From Chiloscyllium plagiosum (lineage: Eukaryota), in contig NC_057728.1 in NCBI RefSeq assembly GCF_004010195.1, forward strand, positions 48,241,521-48,305,520: 64,000 nucleotides of DNA. The letters run 5' to 3'. Shown here in pieces: positions 27,397-40,889 of this stretch (its first letter is position 1; every line of letters begins with the position of its first letter). The notes under the pieces are model-generated. The model made no database searches and was not told the origin of the DNA. It saw nothing but the letters and a program-made list of their open reading frames with translations. Made by a program: the position numbers and the translations under genes.

Positions 27397-27701
27397 CAGA
27401 ATCACTACAGTATGGAAGCAAGCCATTGGGCCCATTGAGTTCACACTGACCCTCTGAACAGCATTTCACCCAAAACATTTGCCACTTAGCCTGCACATCC
27501 CTGGACACTATGGGCAACTTAGCATGGCCAATTCACTAATCTGTACATCTTTGAACTGTGGGAGGAAACCAGAACATCCGAAGGAAACCCATGCGGACAA
27601 GGGAAGAAACTCCACACAGACAGTTGCCTGGTGCTGGAACCAAACCCAGCTCCATAGTGCTGTAAGGCATCATGGCTAACTACTGAGCCACTGTGCTGCC
27701 C
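27397..27701 (-). mobile_element. HE1-type SINE (decayed)
   Basis: ctgtgggaggaaaccagaacatccgaaggaaaccc..actgagccactgtgctgcc. Confidence 0.8.
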
Positions 27702-28231
27702 TGAACTTGACCCATTAAATTGATGTTCATAGACACCATGGGCACTTGACCATGCACAAGCAGCCCCCCCATTATAACATCCTCCCTGGCTTATCTGTTG
27801 CATCAGAAACTGCTGAGTTGATAGATTAGACTTGATTGAAATATAATAAAATTGTTTGTTATTATGGTCCACTTAAACTGGCTGGCTTTTCACTCCACTT
27901 TAATGATTAACATCTCTAATTCATTTTCATTGGATCAAATGTAGAGAGCATGGAATTTCAAAATGTGATTTTATGGGTCTAAAATAGAGTAACATTCAGT
28001 CATTACCTTTAAATGATGGTTTAATTTAGTCAATTCCTCTTTACACTATCCTAAGATATGTACAAATTCTAGATACGAATTGGAAGAAAAAAACATAAGG
28101 ACATAGAAACAAAGAACCAGAAGTTGGCTATATGTGAAATATTCTTCTAACACATGATGCCTAAATGATGATGTAGCACCTAATGCTTGAAACAATGTAT
28201 TTTAACACTTTTCTTCTGTGTCATTGTTCAG

Positions 28232-28495
28232 TTCCTTCAAGTGTTCCCAGTGTGATGGTGAATAATCATGGTCGAAATGATTACCTTCTCGTTTCCTGGC
28301 TTCCTGCATCTGGGGATGTGGATAGTTATCTAGTGACTCTGTCCCACAACAGGAAAGTTGTCCAATCTCACACAGTCTCCAAAACCAGCTTTGAGTTTCC
28401 TTTTGGTTCCCTTACCCCTGGAAGGCTGTACAATGTGACTGTAACTACCAGAAGTGGGAGATATGAAAACTACACTGTCACACAACAGCGGACAC
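28232..28495 (+). CDS. PTPRB: FN3 exon (VPSSVPSV..QQRT), ~#8
   Basis: gttcag| ... |gtatga, 264 nt; GRNDYL, LTPGRLY. Confidence 0.95.
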
Positions 28496-28609
28496 GTATG
28501 ATATCATTTTTTTTCCTTCAAATAATGACATCCAGAATGTGTGTAAAAAATTCTTACAATTTTCGCAATTTACCAGGGTCCTTGAAGATGTCAAGCATCA
28601 TTCTCTGTC

Positions 28610-29040
28610 CATCTCTTATAAAGAAAGGCTGGAACTTTTTGCACTGGAGCGTAGGAGGTTGAGAGGTGACCTAATAGAAGTTTATAAAATAATGAGAGGT
28701 CAGGATAGACTTGATAGCAGTTGTGTTTTCCCCAGGATTGGGAATTTCAAGACTAGCGGATACACTAGGAGAGAGATTTTAAAAAAGGCATGAGCCAATG
28801 TTGTTTTACACAGATGGTGGTTCACATGTTGAATGAACTTCCTGAGGAAGTGATAGAAGTAGTACTGTTGCAATGTTTAAAAGGCATTTGGATAAGTACA
28901 TCAATAGGAAAGATTTGGAGGGATATGGGCCAGGAGCGCAGGTGGGATTAATTTAGTTTGGGATTATGTGCAGCATGGACTGGTTGGACCGAAGTGTCTG
29001 TTTCTGTGCTGTATAACTGTATGACTGTATGTATGACTCT
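28610..29040 (+). mobile_element. CR1 LINE 3' end
   Basis: Peptide SYKERLELFALERRRLRGDLIEVYKIMRG plus CR1 tail. Confidence 0.85.
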
Positions 29041-30320
29041 ATATTCTGCTGAGCACTGCTGCCAATTGTGTTGTGATTCAAGGTTAATTTGCAATTCAGA
29101 ATTTATGTGCCTGACATAACGGTTTTGTCTTAGAGAAGTTATGCTCTAGTTTACACTTCAACACTTTGTCTCTTTCTGATCTCGGCTCAGCATTTTCAGA
29201 TGGCCCATGTGGGGTAGCAGCAGCATGAGTCTCCATGCTGCCTTGCCATGGCTTGAGCATCTGATAATATTACTAGCCAAAGTCTGTTTTTCACAAGGCA
29301 GCTATGCAGCATCCCCAATGTGACACTTTCCTTCCTTTTGTTCCTTCTCTCTTGAGTCCCTTCAGTTAAATTTATTCAAAATATTGTAATACAGTGTCCC
29401 TCAAAGCTAATTTTCACCATTAGCTCCTGAAAGTGTAATTTGATGTATTTGAACAATTTTTATAGAACAAAATCACAGAAAACAAACAATATATTCAAAT
29501 CACATTATAATTAAATCCATAGTTATATTTCAAAATGACCCTCTAAACTGATTGCCAATTGAACTTGGCTAAAGTAACTTCAGCAGATCCAAATGGAAAA
29601 TTGAGCTGTGTGCCATGCGCTTTCTATGTGCCTTGTGATTTACTTAGGAATTCTCAGATTAGAATGGAATCTTTGAAGAATTTGAAAGAACTGTTTCATC
29701 ATCTACATTCTGCAAACTAACATCTTGATCAGGAGATTGGCTCCCATTGGCAGAATAAACCTTCCTTTTGTGAAGGAACTGGCAGGTTTATTGGCCATCA
29801 AGTAATTGTCTGTCTAGAGTAAAATTCTACTTTTACGCTTTTTTAAAAGAAGTTGTTAAGTGTTTTTATTTAAAAAGAAGTACTGAGAGATAAATGCAAT
29901 GAAGGAAAATGAATTGCACTTTCTGGACACAACAGTCAAATATGAGAGAAAATATAGCATTACATTTATTGAGGGCAGGTTTAGCTCAATTGACTGGACT
30001 GCTGATTTGACACTACAGAGTAATGCCAACAGCAGTGACTTCAATTCCACCAGTCCAGGTTACCAGGAAGGACTCTACTTCTCAACCTCTCCCCTCACTG
30101 AAGGCATGGTGATCCTCTGATTTAAGCTACCACCATTTAACTCTCTCTAATAAGAGAGCAGCCCTATGGTGTGGTGTTACTATGGTTACTTTACCTTGCA
30201 CTTTGAGTAGAATATAAAGTCATGAACATCTTATTAAAAGTTAATAAAACCCCCAGATTCAAATCTTGCAATGACATTTGGATATGTGTTCAGTCACAAT
30301 TTATGTGGGATTTATATTTG

Positions 30321-30592
30321 CAGTACAACCTCGATTATCTGAACGAGATGGGCAGGGAGTATTTTGTTCAGACAACTGATCGTTCAGACAACTGATCTGA
30401 TCATAAACAAGTGGTAATTTATGAGTGCCGGTTATTGAACATTTCTCGGTTATCTGGCAATGCATGCCATAATGCTGTTTAACTGATAACTGAATGCTGT
30501 GTTGCCTCATGCCGTTTTTACAGGACTTTGAGATCTTGTCCACATAATCCGAAATTTGGATAATTGATGTTCAGATAATCGAGGTTTTACTG
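30321..30592. mobile_element. Tc1/mariner (Tigger-like) MITE
   Basis: 24-bp TIRs cagtacaacctcgattatctgaac / gttcagataatcgaggttttactg (1 mismatch); TA at the right end. Confidence 0.85.
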
Positions 30593-30712
30593 TACATGTA
30601 TAGCATTCTGCTGAAACGCTAGACCATTTTTAATCAATTTATTCACCAAGCTGCTCGGGTTTCTTGTCAGCATTTTGCTTAAGTAGCCTTGTAACATTTT
30701 CCAATTTTGCAG

Positions 30713-30976
30713 AACCTGCAGTTGTACAAAGAATCACAGTTATCAACTCCGGAAAGAGTGACTATCTGAAAGTGTCTTGGTTGGATGCATCAGGGGATTT
30801 TGACTATTATATAGTAACTATCAAAAACAGTCACAACTTCAGCCAAAGCTTAGAGGTTCCAAAGTCTGAAAATGAATGCATATTCCTCAGTTTAATTCCA
30901 GGACGGCTTTACAGCATTACTGTTAGCACCAAGAGTGGGAAATATGAATCTCATCATGTTGCCACTGGAAGAACAT
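30713..30976 (+). CDS. PTPRB: FN3 exon (PAVVQRI..TGRT), ~#9
   Basis: ttgcag| ... |gtaagc, 264 nt; PKSENEC, LIPGRLY. Confidence 0.95.
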
Positions 30977-32184
30977 GTAAGCATGACATTTATTGCAATA
31001 AATATAACATTTCAGTTTTAATGAATATTAAACACTTTGATCTGGAATATTAATAGCTTTGGCAGCAACACCTATGCTTCTGCATGTGTTCGCCATAAGT
31101 TAATTTAATTATTTGTTTGGTGACCAGCCAGATTTTAATTTTGGAGTGGATGGCTAAGGATACATTATTTATCAAATGTTTCTTTGGGAAATAACAGAAG
31201 AAAGGTGCCTTTGGATAATGTATTAACTTAAAATACCCTTGTCAGAAAGAAAAGTTGGGATTCAAAAGTGATAAAAATACAAGCAAGACTATTTTTTTTA
31301 AAACCTTGAATGAGTTCATTACATATTTATTAACCTAAAGAGCTATGACAGTAATAAATTGACTGTCCATGTGTAATTAGGACTGTGTTTTGTCATTTTT
31401 AAAAAAATATAACTTGCCTCATTTACACAAATTTTAAGAAATTTCGTAACTGCTGGATTTGTAGCATCCTGTTAAAGAATTGAACTGAATCAGTCAAGAT
31501 TTTGACTATGATTATGAACCGAAGAGCATGATGACTAGAAACAATTAGATAACTTGGTTCCTCATGCCTGCTGTGCCATATAATAGGATCATAACTGATC
31601 CTCAATCTCAACTTCACTTTTCCACAACATTATCCTGTAAGAATTTTACAAATTAGTCTCAACTCCTTTGGAAAAAAGAAACAGCTAGCATATGTTGAAT
31701 CACAACCAAAATTGCAGGGAAACAATGGACCCATTGTTAATTTATTTTAATTCCTCCAATTTAAATGTTTTATTTTCTTTCCCTCTTCAGTTTCTGTGCC
31801 TGCTGCACTCCCTTTATTACAGGGTAGCTTGAACCAGTGTCCACAGTTTTCCATAATCTAACCTTGCTGCACTTCAGGCAGCCAACAGTTGCATGGAAAT
31901 GGCCAGGAGTAAAATCATTTTCATGTAGGAAAATGAATGGCTTTCCTGACTGAACCTCGTCCAGAAGCTAAATCATGGCTGCAGGCTTTTCAAATAGAGA
32001 GCTGCAGATATAAACAATGGCATAGTATGCTGAATTCCTCACCAATTTAGTCTCCCTCTTTCTTACAAATGTGATCATTTCTTTGTATCAGATTTCACTA
32101 ATTTATCCTTCCTTTGACATACTTATAGCCTTTTTCAGTAGTGTTGTTGAAATGTCTGATGCTAATGTTGCTCTGTCTGATTAG

Positions 32185-32442
32185 TTCCGGCTGCTGTTGG
32201 TTCTCTAACTGTGGCTGATAGGAGCACAGACACCCTGAATGTTACCTGGGAAGCAGCTGCTGGTGACGTGGATCGCTATGAGATTCAACTACTCTTCAAT
32301 GACATGAATGTTTTCCTTCCAATAACACTCAGCAGCACATCACATCAATTTACTTCCTTAACCCCTGGACGTCTTTACAAGATCCTAGTCTCCACATGGA
32401 TTGGGACCCTACAGCGTGCTGCCTTCATCGAAGGTCGTACAG
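32185..32442 (+). CDS. PTPRB: FN3 exon (PAAVGSL..EGRT), ~#10
   Basis: gattag| ... |gtaaaa, 258 nt; YEIQLLFNDM, LTPGRLY. Confidence 0.94.
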
Positions 32443-33004
32443 GTAAAAAAGAAACAGATTATTATGTGTCCAATATTTTATGAACAACATTTACACTAAC
32501 TGCTATGGAATAAAATTTACACTAATATAAAGTTGAGACTGCATCTCACCAATAATGAAGGAAATGTTAGTGGCACAGTTCTACAGAATTAAGCTCTTAA
32601 CAAAATGCAGTAACTTATCAGAATCAACCCAGCAGCGATAGACTAGCTTGTCATGTGAAGGGCTCCTGTTATTTTGTTATACTATAATGTGGACTAAAGA
32701 TTAGTTTGTACTGCAATCTATAATTAGAATGTTTTTCGCATCGTAAAATATGGAATCTTCTTTAAAATATATAAAATACCTGTAAGAAAATATATAAAGT
32801 TTTGCAAATATAAATAACTTACAACCAATTCTTAAGCCACCCTTGTTCTCACTCAATAATAATTAATATGATATTCTCAAGACTTAACCTAGAAAAGAAC
32901 GAGGAATTTGAAGAATGGTGTGCAGATATTTAGCTTGAAAAAAAAGGAAAATCTAGATGATTTTACTTAGAAAGCACTTATAATTCTTAAACATAACACC
33001 AGAC

Positions 33005-33210
33005 TAAAGTGTTACAGATGCTGAAAATCTGAAATAAAAAACAAAAGTGTTGGAAATACTCAGCAGGTCTAGCAGTGCCTGTGGAGCAAAAACAACATTA
33101 AAATCAAGGACGTTTCATCAGAAGAAAGAGAACTGAAACTTTAATTCTCCTTCTCTCTCCACAGATGCTGCCAAACCTACTAAGTATTTTCAGAATTTTC
33201 TATGTTTTAA
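33005..33210. mobile_element. Palindromic Penelope-derived short element (family P3)
   Basis: Arms ggaaatactcagcaggtctagcagtgcctgtggag / ctccacagatgctgccaaacctactaagtattttc. Confidence 0.7.
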
Positions 33211-33266
33211 TTTATTATTATCTATGACCATGCAGTTATTAATATTCTGAATGTGTCTTTCTGCAG

Positions 33267-33530
33267 TACCCAGTGCAGTTAAAAATATCCATGTTTCAAA
33301 TAATGGAGTGACCAAGGGCCTGAAGGTGAACTGGTCTCCTGGAGGAGGGGATGTGGACAGCTATACCGTGATCTTATCCCACAAAGACCATCAGGTCTCT
33401 GCCCGCCCTATTCCAAAACACCAGCATGAACACACCTTTTATGATCTAGAAACGGGAGAGCTCTACCATGTGTTAGTTCGGTCAAATAGTGGCAGCTTCC
33501 ATAACAATGCAACAGCATTTGGATGCACTG
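33267..33530 (+). CDS. PTPRB: FN3 exon (VPSAVKNIH..FGCT), ~#11
   Basis: ctgcag| ... |gtaaga, 264 nt; PGGGDVDSY. Confidence 0.95.
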
Positions 33531-34351
33531 GTAAGAATTACTCAGAAATCCTGTGATTAACATCACACTAAAAACTGCTTTGAGTGATTAGGTAAATGCA
33601 TCGTCAATACAGAAATATCACAGCATTGTCACTTTCTGTGCACAGGGATTTCACTTTCTCTCATTCCCTAACTTTTCAAGTGCCAGGGCACAACACAGGT
33701 TAGAGTTGAAATTCAGGGGGGCACTTGCATTTGATACAGATTTACCAAACCTCTGGACTGCACTGGAGTCTAGAGGAATTGAAATTCATCTTCAGGACAA
33801 CTCAAAATACTTTTCAGCCAATGAAATACTTCTGAAGTACAGTCATTGTTATAAGATAGGGAAATGCAGCAACCAATTAGTGCACAGAATGCTGCTACAA
33901 ACAGCAATGTGATAGTGACCACGTAACTTGTGTTTATTTGTAGAATGTTAATTGAAGGATAAATGTTGATCAGGACAATAATGATAACTCCCCTGTTCAT
34001 CTTCAGAATTGTTCAATGGGATACTTTACATCCACATCTGCCTAATATCTCATGCAAAATAGTTAGGATCAGATTTTACTGTCACGTGTATTCAAGTAGA
34101 GGAATACCTGAGTACAGTGAAATGTGTACTAGGTCACTATTCTCCAGCACCATCTTGGTTACAAACACTACGCTTAAAAAGCAACAGCAGGAATAAAAGA
34201 AACAGAGCCAAAAGGAAAGAAAAATGTCCAGATTTTAAAGCCCCATCTCAATTAAGACATATGGAACGCTCAAGCCCTGATGCAAGTATCCAGGCCCATC
34301 CCCGGTTTGGAGTTTGCAGACTTTTGTCGATGCCGCCCCGATCGCTGGGAG

Positions 34352-34640
34352 GATTAGATTGGATTCCCTACAGTATGGAAACAGGCCCAACCAGTTCACA
34401 CCGATGAGTAACCCACTTCTCTCTGACTAATGCACCTAACACTATGGGCAATTTAGCACGGCCAATTCACCTGACCTGCATATCTTTGGACAGTGAGAGT
34501 AAACCGGACCACATGGAGGCAACCTGCGCAGACACAGGGAGAATGTGCAAACTCCACACAGACAGTCGTCCGAGGCTGGAACTGAACCTGGGATCCTGGT
34601 GCTGTGAGGTAGCAGTGCTAACCACTGATCTACCGTGCCA
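34352..34640 (-). mobile_element. HE1-type SINE
   Basis: Reverse complement of the 9133 element, including its gattagatt tail. Confidence 0.88.
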
Positions 34641-35779
34641 CAGGAGTTGCAAACATATTGCCGATTCCAATATCGCCGTCGCCCCCCACCTCCGATCTTC
34701 AGGAGGAGCTTTATCACTGCTTCCGCCGCCGTTTCCAACTGATGGGAGGCTGCCGCCATTCTGAGAGAGACCTCCTCTCACTGTCGTGCCAATGCTGATG
34801 CTGCTGAAGGCTTTAAAGAGAAGAAAATGAAAGAAAACAAAAGGAAGGCAGAGAGGAAGCAGATGTGACCAGGCCTCAGAAACCCAAACACAGCCCTTCT
34901 ACTCTGCCAACATCTTGAAATAGCATCTCTAATGTCACTTCTGTGCTAAAGTGTCAGCCTCGATTTTTGTGCTTGAACCTGAAATTGGGACTTGAGCCCA
35001 GAGGCAAAAGTGCTACCAACTGGGCCATGGCTGACGTTCAAGGTGACATCTGAACAAAATTGATTTTTTAAAAAATTCTATTAAAACTTCTGTTGATTAG
35101 TTATTGGATAAAGGAAAAAGTCTGTTTGACTGAAAGTTAGAAATAGTCCAGTGGGATAATGAAAGAGTCTGTTAACTGTCCAATTGGTACAGAGTAGTGA
35201 GGCACTCAACCCAAGCATAAAGGTGGATTAGTTGGAGGTGGTCAACGGTGAAACCTTCAGGAATCTGACCAACAAGAGTTGGTGATCCTAATCTGAAGAG
35301 AGTGGAGTGGCTACTGTCTCCTCCATGCCAACATTTCCTCGCTACCTCTTATTAGTGTGACATGATCTGTTCACTTCAAAAAGCTTTCCCTTATGGAACA
35401 ACTGAGGCACAGTGTGCTGGGTTGTTCAACTTGGAAGAAAGAGAAGAAAGGAGAAAGGCACATGGAAAGTTAGAATAAAATTAGTGATGAATGGAATATC
35501 TTACAAATACATGAAAATTGAGGACTAACAGGGGAAATTCTTTCCTAGACAACCATGGTATGGCAATTCCCACCTCTACCAATACGTAATGTTAAATAAG
35601 TGTTTTTTGAGGTAGTTCATTCCATTACCATTTATCTTCTTTTGACTTTATCAGGACCTAACTAATGATTACTATTCAAGGATACAGCATTATAGAGAAT
35701 TGCTAGAAGAGGTCCTGTTCTTCGATAACAGGAAAGATATCAATACGTACAACAACATTTGGCCAGGCTTAATTATAAG

Positions 35780-36190
35780 GATGGAAAAGTGTGGCGCTGG
35801 AAAAGCACAGTGGGTCAGGCAGCATCCAAGGAGCAGGAGAGTCAACATTTTAGGCATAAGGCCTTCATCAGGGATGTGGGGTGGGAGGGGAAGGGGAAGG
35901 TGTGTAAGAGATAAATAGGATGGTGAAGGTGGGGGTGGGGGTAAGGCAATAGAAACTAGTGAAGATGATGCCGTGTGGTTGGATGGTCCCAAGGCAGAAG
36001 ATGAGGCATTCTTCCTCCAGGCATTGGTGGCTTGGATTGGTGGTGGAGGAAGCCCAGGACTTTAATGTTCTTGGCAGAGTGGAAGAGGGAGTTGAAGTGG
36101 TCGGCCACATAGCAGTGGGGTTGTTTGGAGTGTGTGTCCCAGAGATGTTCCCTGAAACATTCCGTGGGTTGGCGTCCTGTCTCCCCAGTA
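35780..36190 (-). mobile_element. Penelope-like element fragment (family P1): GIY-YIG end plus terminal repeat
   Basis: Peptide LLYTGETGRQ..FREHLWD..VADHFNS and EEECLIFCLGTIQPHG. Confidence 0.85.
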
Positions 36191-36825
36191 TAGAGGAGGA
36201 TTATAAGGACTCTAGAGAGCTGGTTCCGGTACATCTGCTCCCTGTGGAAATTAGAGTAGAACAGGGATTATGTGTCAGAACCATTGTGATGTGAACATCA
36301 ATCCCTTGAAAATCATTATCTTATACAACAGGAACCTCGGATGCTTGCTTGCCTGGCTGATTTAAATTTCAATGAGAATTCTTCAAATGGATGCACAGCT
36401 TCCCTGTCCAAAACCAGCAGGAGGCTGTTTAAATATGAAAGTCATCAGCACTAAGAAGACATTTGTAACCTGCATGGAGAAATGGGCAGAACATTGAAAG
36501 TAATTGCTGGTCTCAGATCTTCCAAGTTCTGATAACCAAAGCACCATAACTTTAAGTTTTGGACTTGGCATTTGAACCAAAATGAGTGAATAATTACTTT
36601 TATTTAAATTAATACTTAGTGAAATTGTAGTTATGGTGGGTAGAATCATTGCAGCCACTGAACAATGTGGACATTGGTGAGAAATTTGGTAAAAAAGGTT
36701 GAGATTGGCAATGAGGAGATCCTCAACAGCAAAAGCAAGAAGTTCTATTATCCAAACAAATGATGTATAGTGAGAAGAGAATTTTGCTATTGAGAAGTGA
36801 GAGGCTTATTTCTGCCTGGGCAGTA

Positions 36826-37330
36826 GGCTTTACCAACATAGCTGGCTTCACCAGATATAGCACACTATAGACCGGACGAACATTTCATTGAGAGTGCCAC
36901 ACTATAATGCAGGCTGACTTCATCAGTAGAAAAGTGTTCCATTCTATCAATTTGCAAGTCATCTTGCATCATAGAAATCTGTGCCATGATGCCTGTATCC
37001 TTGAGAAATATTATATTCCTGGTTTGTTTCAAGGGCAGGATGGTTTATAAGCATGGTTACTGGGACGTAAGGGCTACTCTCTGTAACCATAACTGTTGAC
37101 TCTGTTACACAATCCCTGAGTGAGGCCATATGTTGAAACACAGCAGCCCATCTCCCAGACAAGACCACTGTGGAGCAGACAATATGCCTGCTGACGATGA
37201 GGTCCTGATGCTTGAATCAGTTAGGGTGGCGGGGAGGATGGTGGGGTGATTTTGGGGATCGGCTATTTCACATTACTTTCCAGGCAGAGTGTGCCATATA
37301 ATCCTTACATGTTGTGCTCTGCACAACTGG
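36826..37330 (+). pseudogene. Decayed PIF/Harbinger (HARBI1-like) DDE transposase relic
   Basis: Hand translation across stops and frameshifts gives, in order, GFTNIAGF, DFISRKVFHSINLQV, HDACIL, WLLGRKGYSL*P*LLTLLHNP, TVEQTICLLTMRS*CL, HYFPGRVCHIILTCCALHN. Confidence 0.75.
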
Positions 37331-37962
37331 AGCAGGCAACCAGAGGATGCAATGGACTCTGAAGAACTGTGAGAGCAGTAGCAGTCTTCTGAGAACGACA
37401 TATAGATCAAGAGGAACATCACCTTCCACATGATACAGCAGTGCAGCTTCAGGCACAACAAGCCAGACAGGACTAAATAAAAGTGAATCCTTTGACCTGT
37501 TTGAATGTGAAGCTCCCACACTGAACAATGAGAAGGTAGTTGGGGAAGAAGTAGCACTCCTTAGACAAGGTTCTATAATGGGATGAGGCTAAGGAAAGGT
37601 CAGCTGTATAGTTTGGTTTTATAGAGTATAAATGTGGCCTTACGTGTGCACTGAAATGATAGTCATGCCACCTATTTGCCCCAGGAAGCATTTGTTGTTT
37701 GGTCATGCTCCCACTCTATGCGCAGTTAAGAGCAGTTCCAAACAGACAGCATTTAAATGGGTACCCAGCTGGGCTTGAAATATGATGCTGGCACTAGGAA
37801 TCTTCAGAGGTCCCAACACTGCCTGTGGTGAGAGGGAGGATATGGTGAGCAGGTTTCTTTGCGAATTATTTCAATCCAGATAACACAATGTTATTTTTCA
37901 GGGAGAGTACTCAACTTGATTACTTGCTCAGTAAATGTGTTATATTTTTCCTTCATTCCTAG

Positions 37963-38235
37963 TCCCTGCCTCAGTGTCAGACCTATCTGTTGAAAACAAG
38001 CATACTACCTCCACACTGGCAGTTTCTTGGCAGCCAGCCACTGGCATCTCAGAGGGTTATACACTGCAACTCCTTAATGAACAAGGAACTCAAATGCTTG
38101 CAAATGTCTCTGTGCCAGCTGCCAGCAGGGGCCATAAGTTCATTGATCTGACTCCTGGCAAGAAATACAAGATTCGTATCTTCACTGTAAGCGGAGGTTT
38201 GTACAGCATCGGAACCGACCGTGAGGGAAGAACAG
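37963..38235 (+). CDS. PTPRB: FN3 exon (VPASVSDL..EGRT), ~#12
   Basis: tcctag| ... |gtaaga, 273 nt; LTPGKKYKI. Confidence 0.95.
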
Positions 38236-40889
38236 GTAAGATACTTGATACAAAAAGTTCGCTCCCCTTCTGTTTTCAGGAGAAGATTACAGTGATATGC
38301 AAGGTTCAAAGCATTTGCATAATTCACCAACAAATTATGTTTGAGATTGCGAAGGGCAAAACTTGCTTCTTCTATGGAGGTTTAGATTGAGTCTTTGACA
38401 CATCAAGACCAAACAGAGTGACCTAGTAGACATAACTAGGTCACTGTCTGCAAATAGGCTTGAAAATATTCCATCCTGGGAACAATGCACTTGTGTCTAT
38501 TCAGATGGCATTGCATATTGTTGCATCCTTCAGATTTCAGCATGCAAACCTCACTATTAAGAAAAATCAGTGAGATTGGGAAGACGAAAATATTTCTAAG
38601 TGTGTAGCATGATGGTGAGCTTTGACAGCTGGCTTCTTCAAACCCAGCTTTCATACCAGAGTCTGCTTTGGATTAAAATGAACACAGTAAAAGAACTTTA
38701 TCATTGGCTACAGCATTGTGTATAGAATGCAGTCACTGTTCTGTGAAAGGGTATGAAACGGAAATTACAGCAATTAACATTTCCCACAGGCCGAGCTCAC
38801 TTTTGTCATGCAGCAGTTATGTGTGCTTTTCCTGATTAGTATTAGAGACTATTTGGTTCATTCTTGCTGTGTTTGCAAAAATGATTGCAGAGACACATGT
38901 ACTGAAATATGATACTTTAACACCTACTTCGTAGATTGGAACATTAGACCTACACACACTGCCTTTCACTTCCATCGGAAGACATGCAAATAGTTTCCAG
39001 AACACGATCAGTGTTAATGTTATATAGGGAAGGCAGCTGTTAATCTTCACAGATTCATATTATCAGTTCAGACTTCACGTTATTACTGTAAAGGAAAACA
39101 GAAAGAACAATTGTCTGTGAAGAAAAGTCAAATGAAATCAGGTTTCTGAATGTCACTGATACCTGAAAGCTCCATGGAAAATAGAAATTTTCTTGTAACT
39201 GGGTCAATGCAGAGATTTAATTCAAATAAGCTTAATTGCACCCGAAGAAGAGGTAATTTTAGTTGTCTTTCTATTAACCTAGGCCTTTTTCATATTATGT
39301 GTGCAAAGATTATGATGCCGATTTCATTATCATAAAAACAAGTTCATTTTCTAAATTCTTTAAAATTTTTGTTTTTCTAAGCTCAACCTTGACAGGCTGG
39401 TATATCATTGTCTCAGCATCGGCTTCTGTCTGACTTATAAAGCCGATAGGAAGTTAAGACACATTAGCACTCATTGAATTATAAATCTGTGGAATTTAGA
39501 AATCTCCTGGCCTTGTGTTCAATAAAACTGTTCCAGGCTCAAACTGGAGACTGGTCATTTTAAAGACATGAAGATGAATTAGACTCAACAGGAAAGGGCA
39601 AAATGAAAACATAAGGGAACTAGCCTTTATACATCAGTCTTTGATCAGAGCAAACACACCAAACTCTGTGTTAGGATAGTTCAGGACAAACTCCATATTT
39701 CCAAATAAATAATTTAGCAATTTCAATATAGCTGTGGGCAGCCTCACCTGTGAACCATGTCACATTAACCCCTTTATTGCATCTAAGTTGAAAAATGAAA
39801 GGTGAAAACGTTATTCTGAAAGCATGCTTTCAAATTTAAAACATGCCACTGAATGAAAATATCTTAAATTGTCAATTGAGAAGTGTAACTGAAGATAATT
39901 TCATAAAAAAGAAGTTGAAGTAAGTCAGTGCTGTTACTAGAATCAAATCTTAACAGAGTTCTGAATTTATAAGTTTAGGTCAGAAGTTATACATGGACAT
40001 AGTTAGCTTCTCAAATACATTGAAATCTATTAATACGCATTTACTAAACTGAGCAATGCATTTCTGAATTTTGGCACAAAAACAATTCAGCTAAAATGAC
40101 AAATAAGTTACTAGCTCAGATTTTAGGATAGACCATAACTGTGAGGTTATCAATGTTCATTGTTATTTAAGGGTAAATTGGACAACAATTTCTGATGATG
40201 GCACATGTGGCACAAAAAATCAGAAATTTGCAGACTTGGCTACTTTGCTGCAACAGTATCTTGCCAAGAGATTTGACACTTAACACATTGAAGGACATGA
40301 AGTTCAAGCACCTACGTGATAAGAACCAATAAACATTAGCAAATGTTGAGGCTTATCCATTCAAGTAGAAATAACTTTTCAACAGTGTACTAAGTCTGAA
40401 TTACAATCAAACGACATCTCTGGCACTGAAAATAAACTTTTACAAGAGTGCAGTCTCATTCTAACAGACATTTATAACTGTTAGTTTAAAAAACACTGTT
40501 AAAAAACTTTTTCTCATTCTCTTCTATCTCTCTTAATGTTTCTTTTCCAAAATGTTATCCTGCTTCTGTATATGACTCATCACTGAATTAAATATTCAAA
40601 TTTACGTTTCCTGGTTCAGATTCTGTGGGTTGGATTTTTGAAGCATATTTGGGAACCCAACACATGGACTTGGTGCCATTTCCATACCGCAGTTGCATTG
40701 CTCTTATGATGCTATTTTCTAATGACCTAATTGTCTAAGGGGCAAGCTTGGTGTCTGGTTAGTGACACCATGCAACTCCAGGAAGCAGAGGCTGCCTGCT
40801 TGGTGCTAGTAGCTGAGTCAGACAGTGGCCTTGTTGGGTCCGACCGCTGAAAAGTGCAGACAGTTCCTCAGAGAGCCAGAAGCAGCAAC

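Noticed and set aside
22616..32520. In-frame stops and AATAAA shortly after several FN3 donors (e.g. 22682, 32509), suggesting soluble ectodomain isoforms
   Set aside because: Expected by chance in AT-rich introns; no supporting evidence in the sequence.
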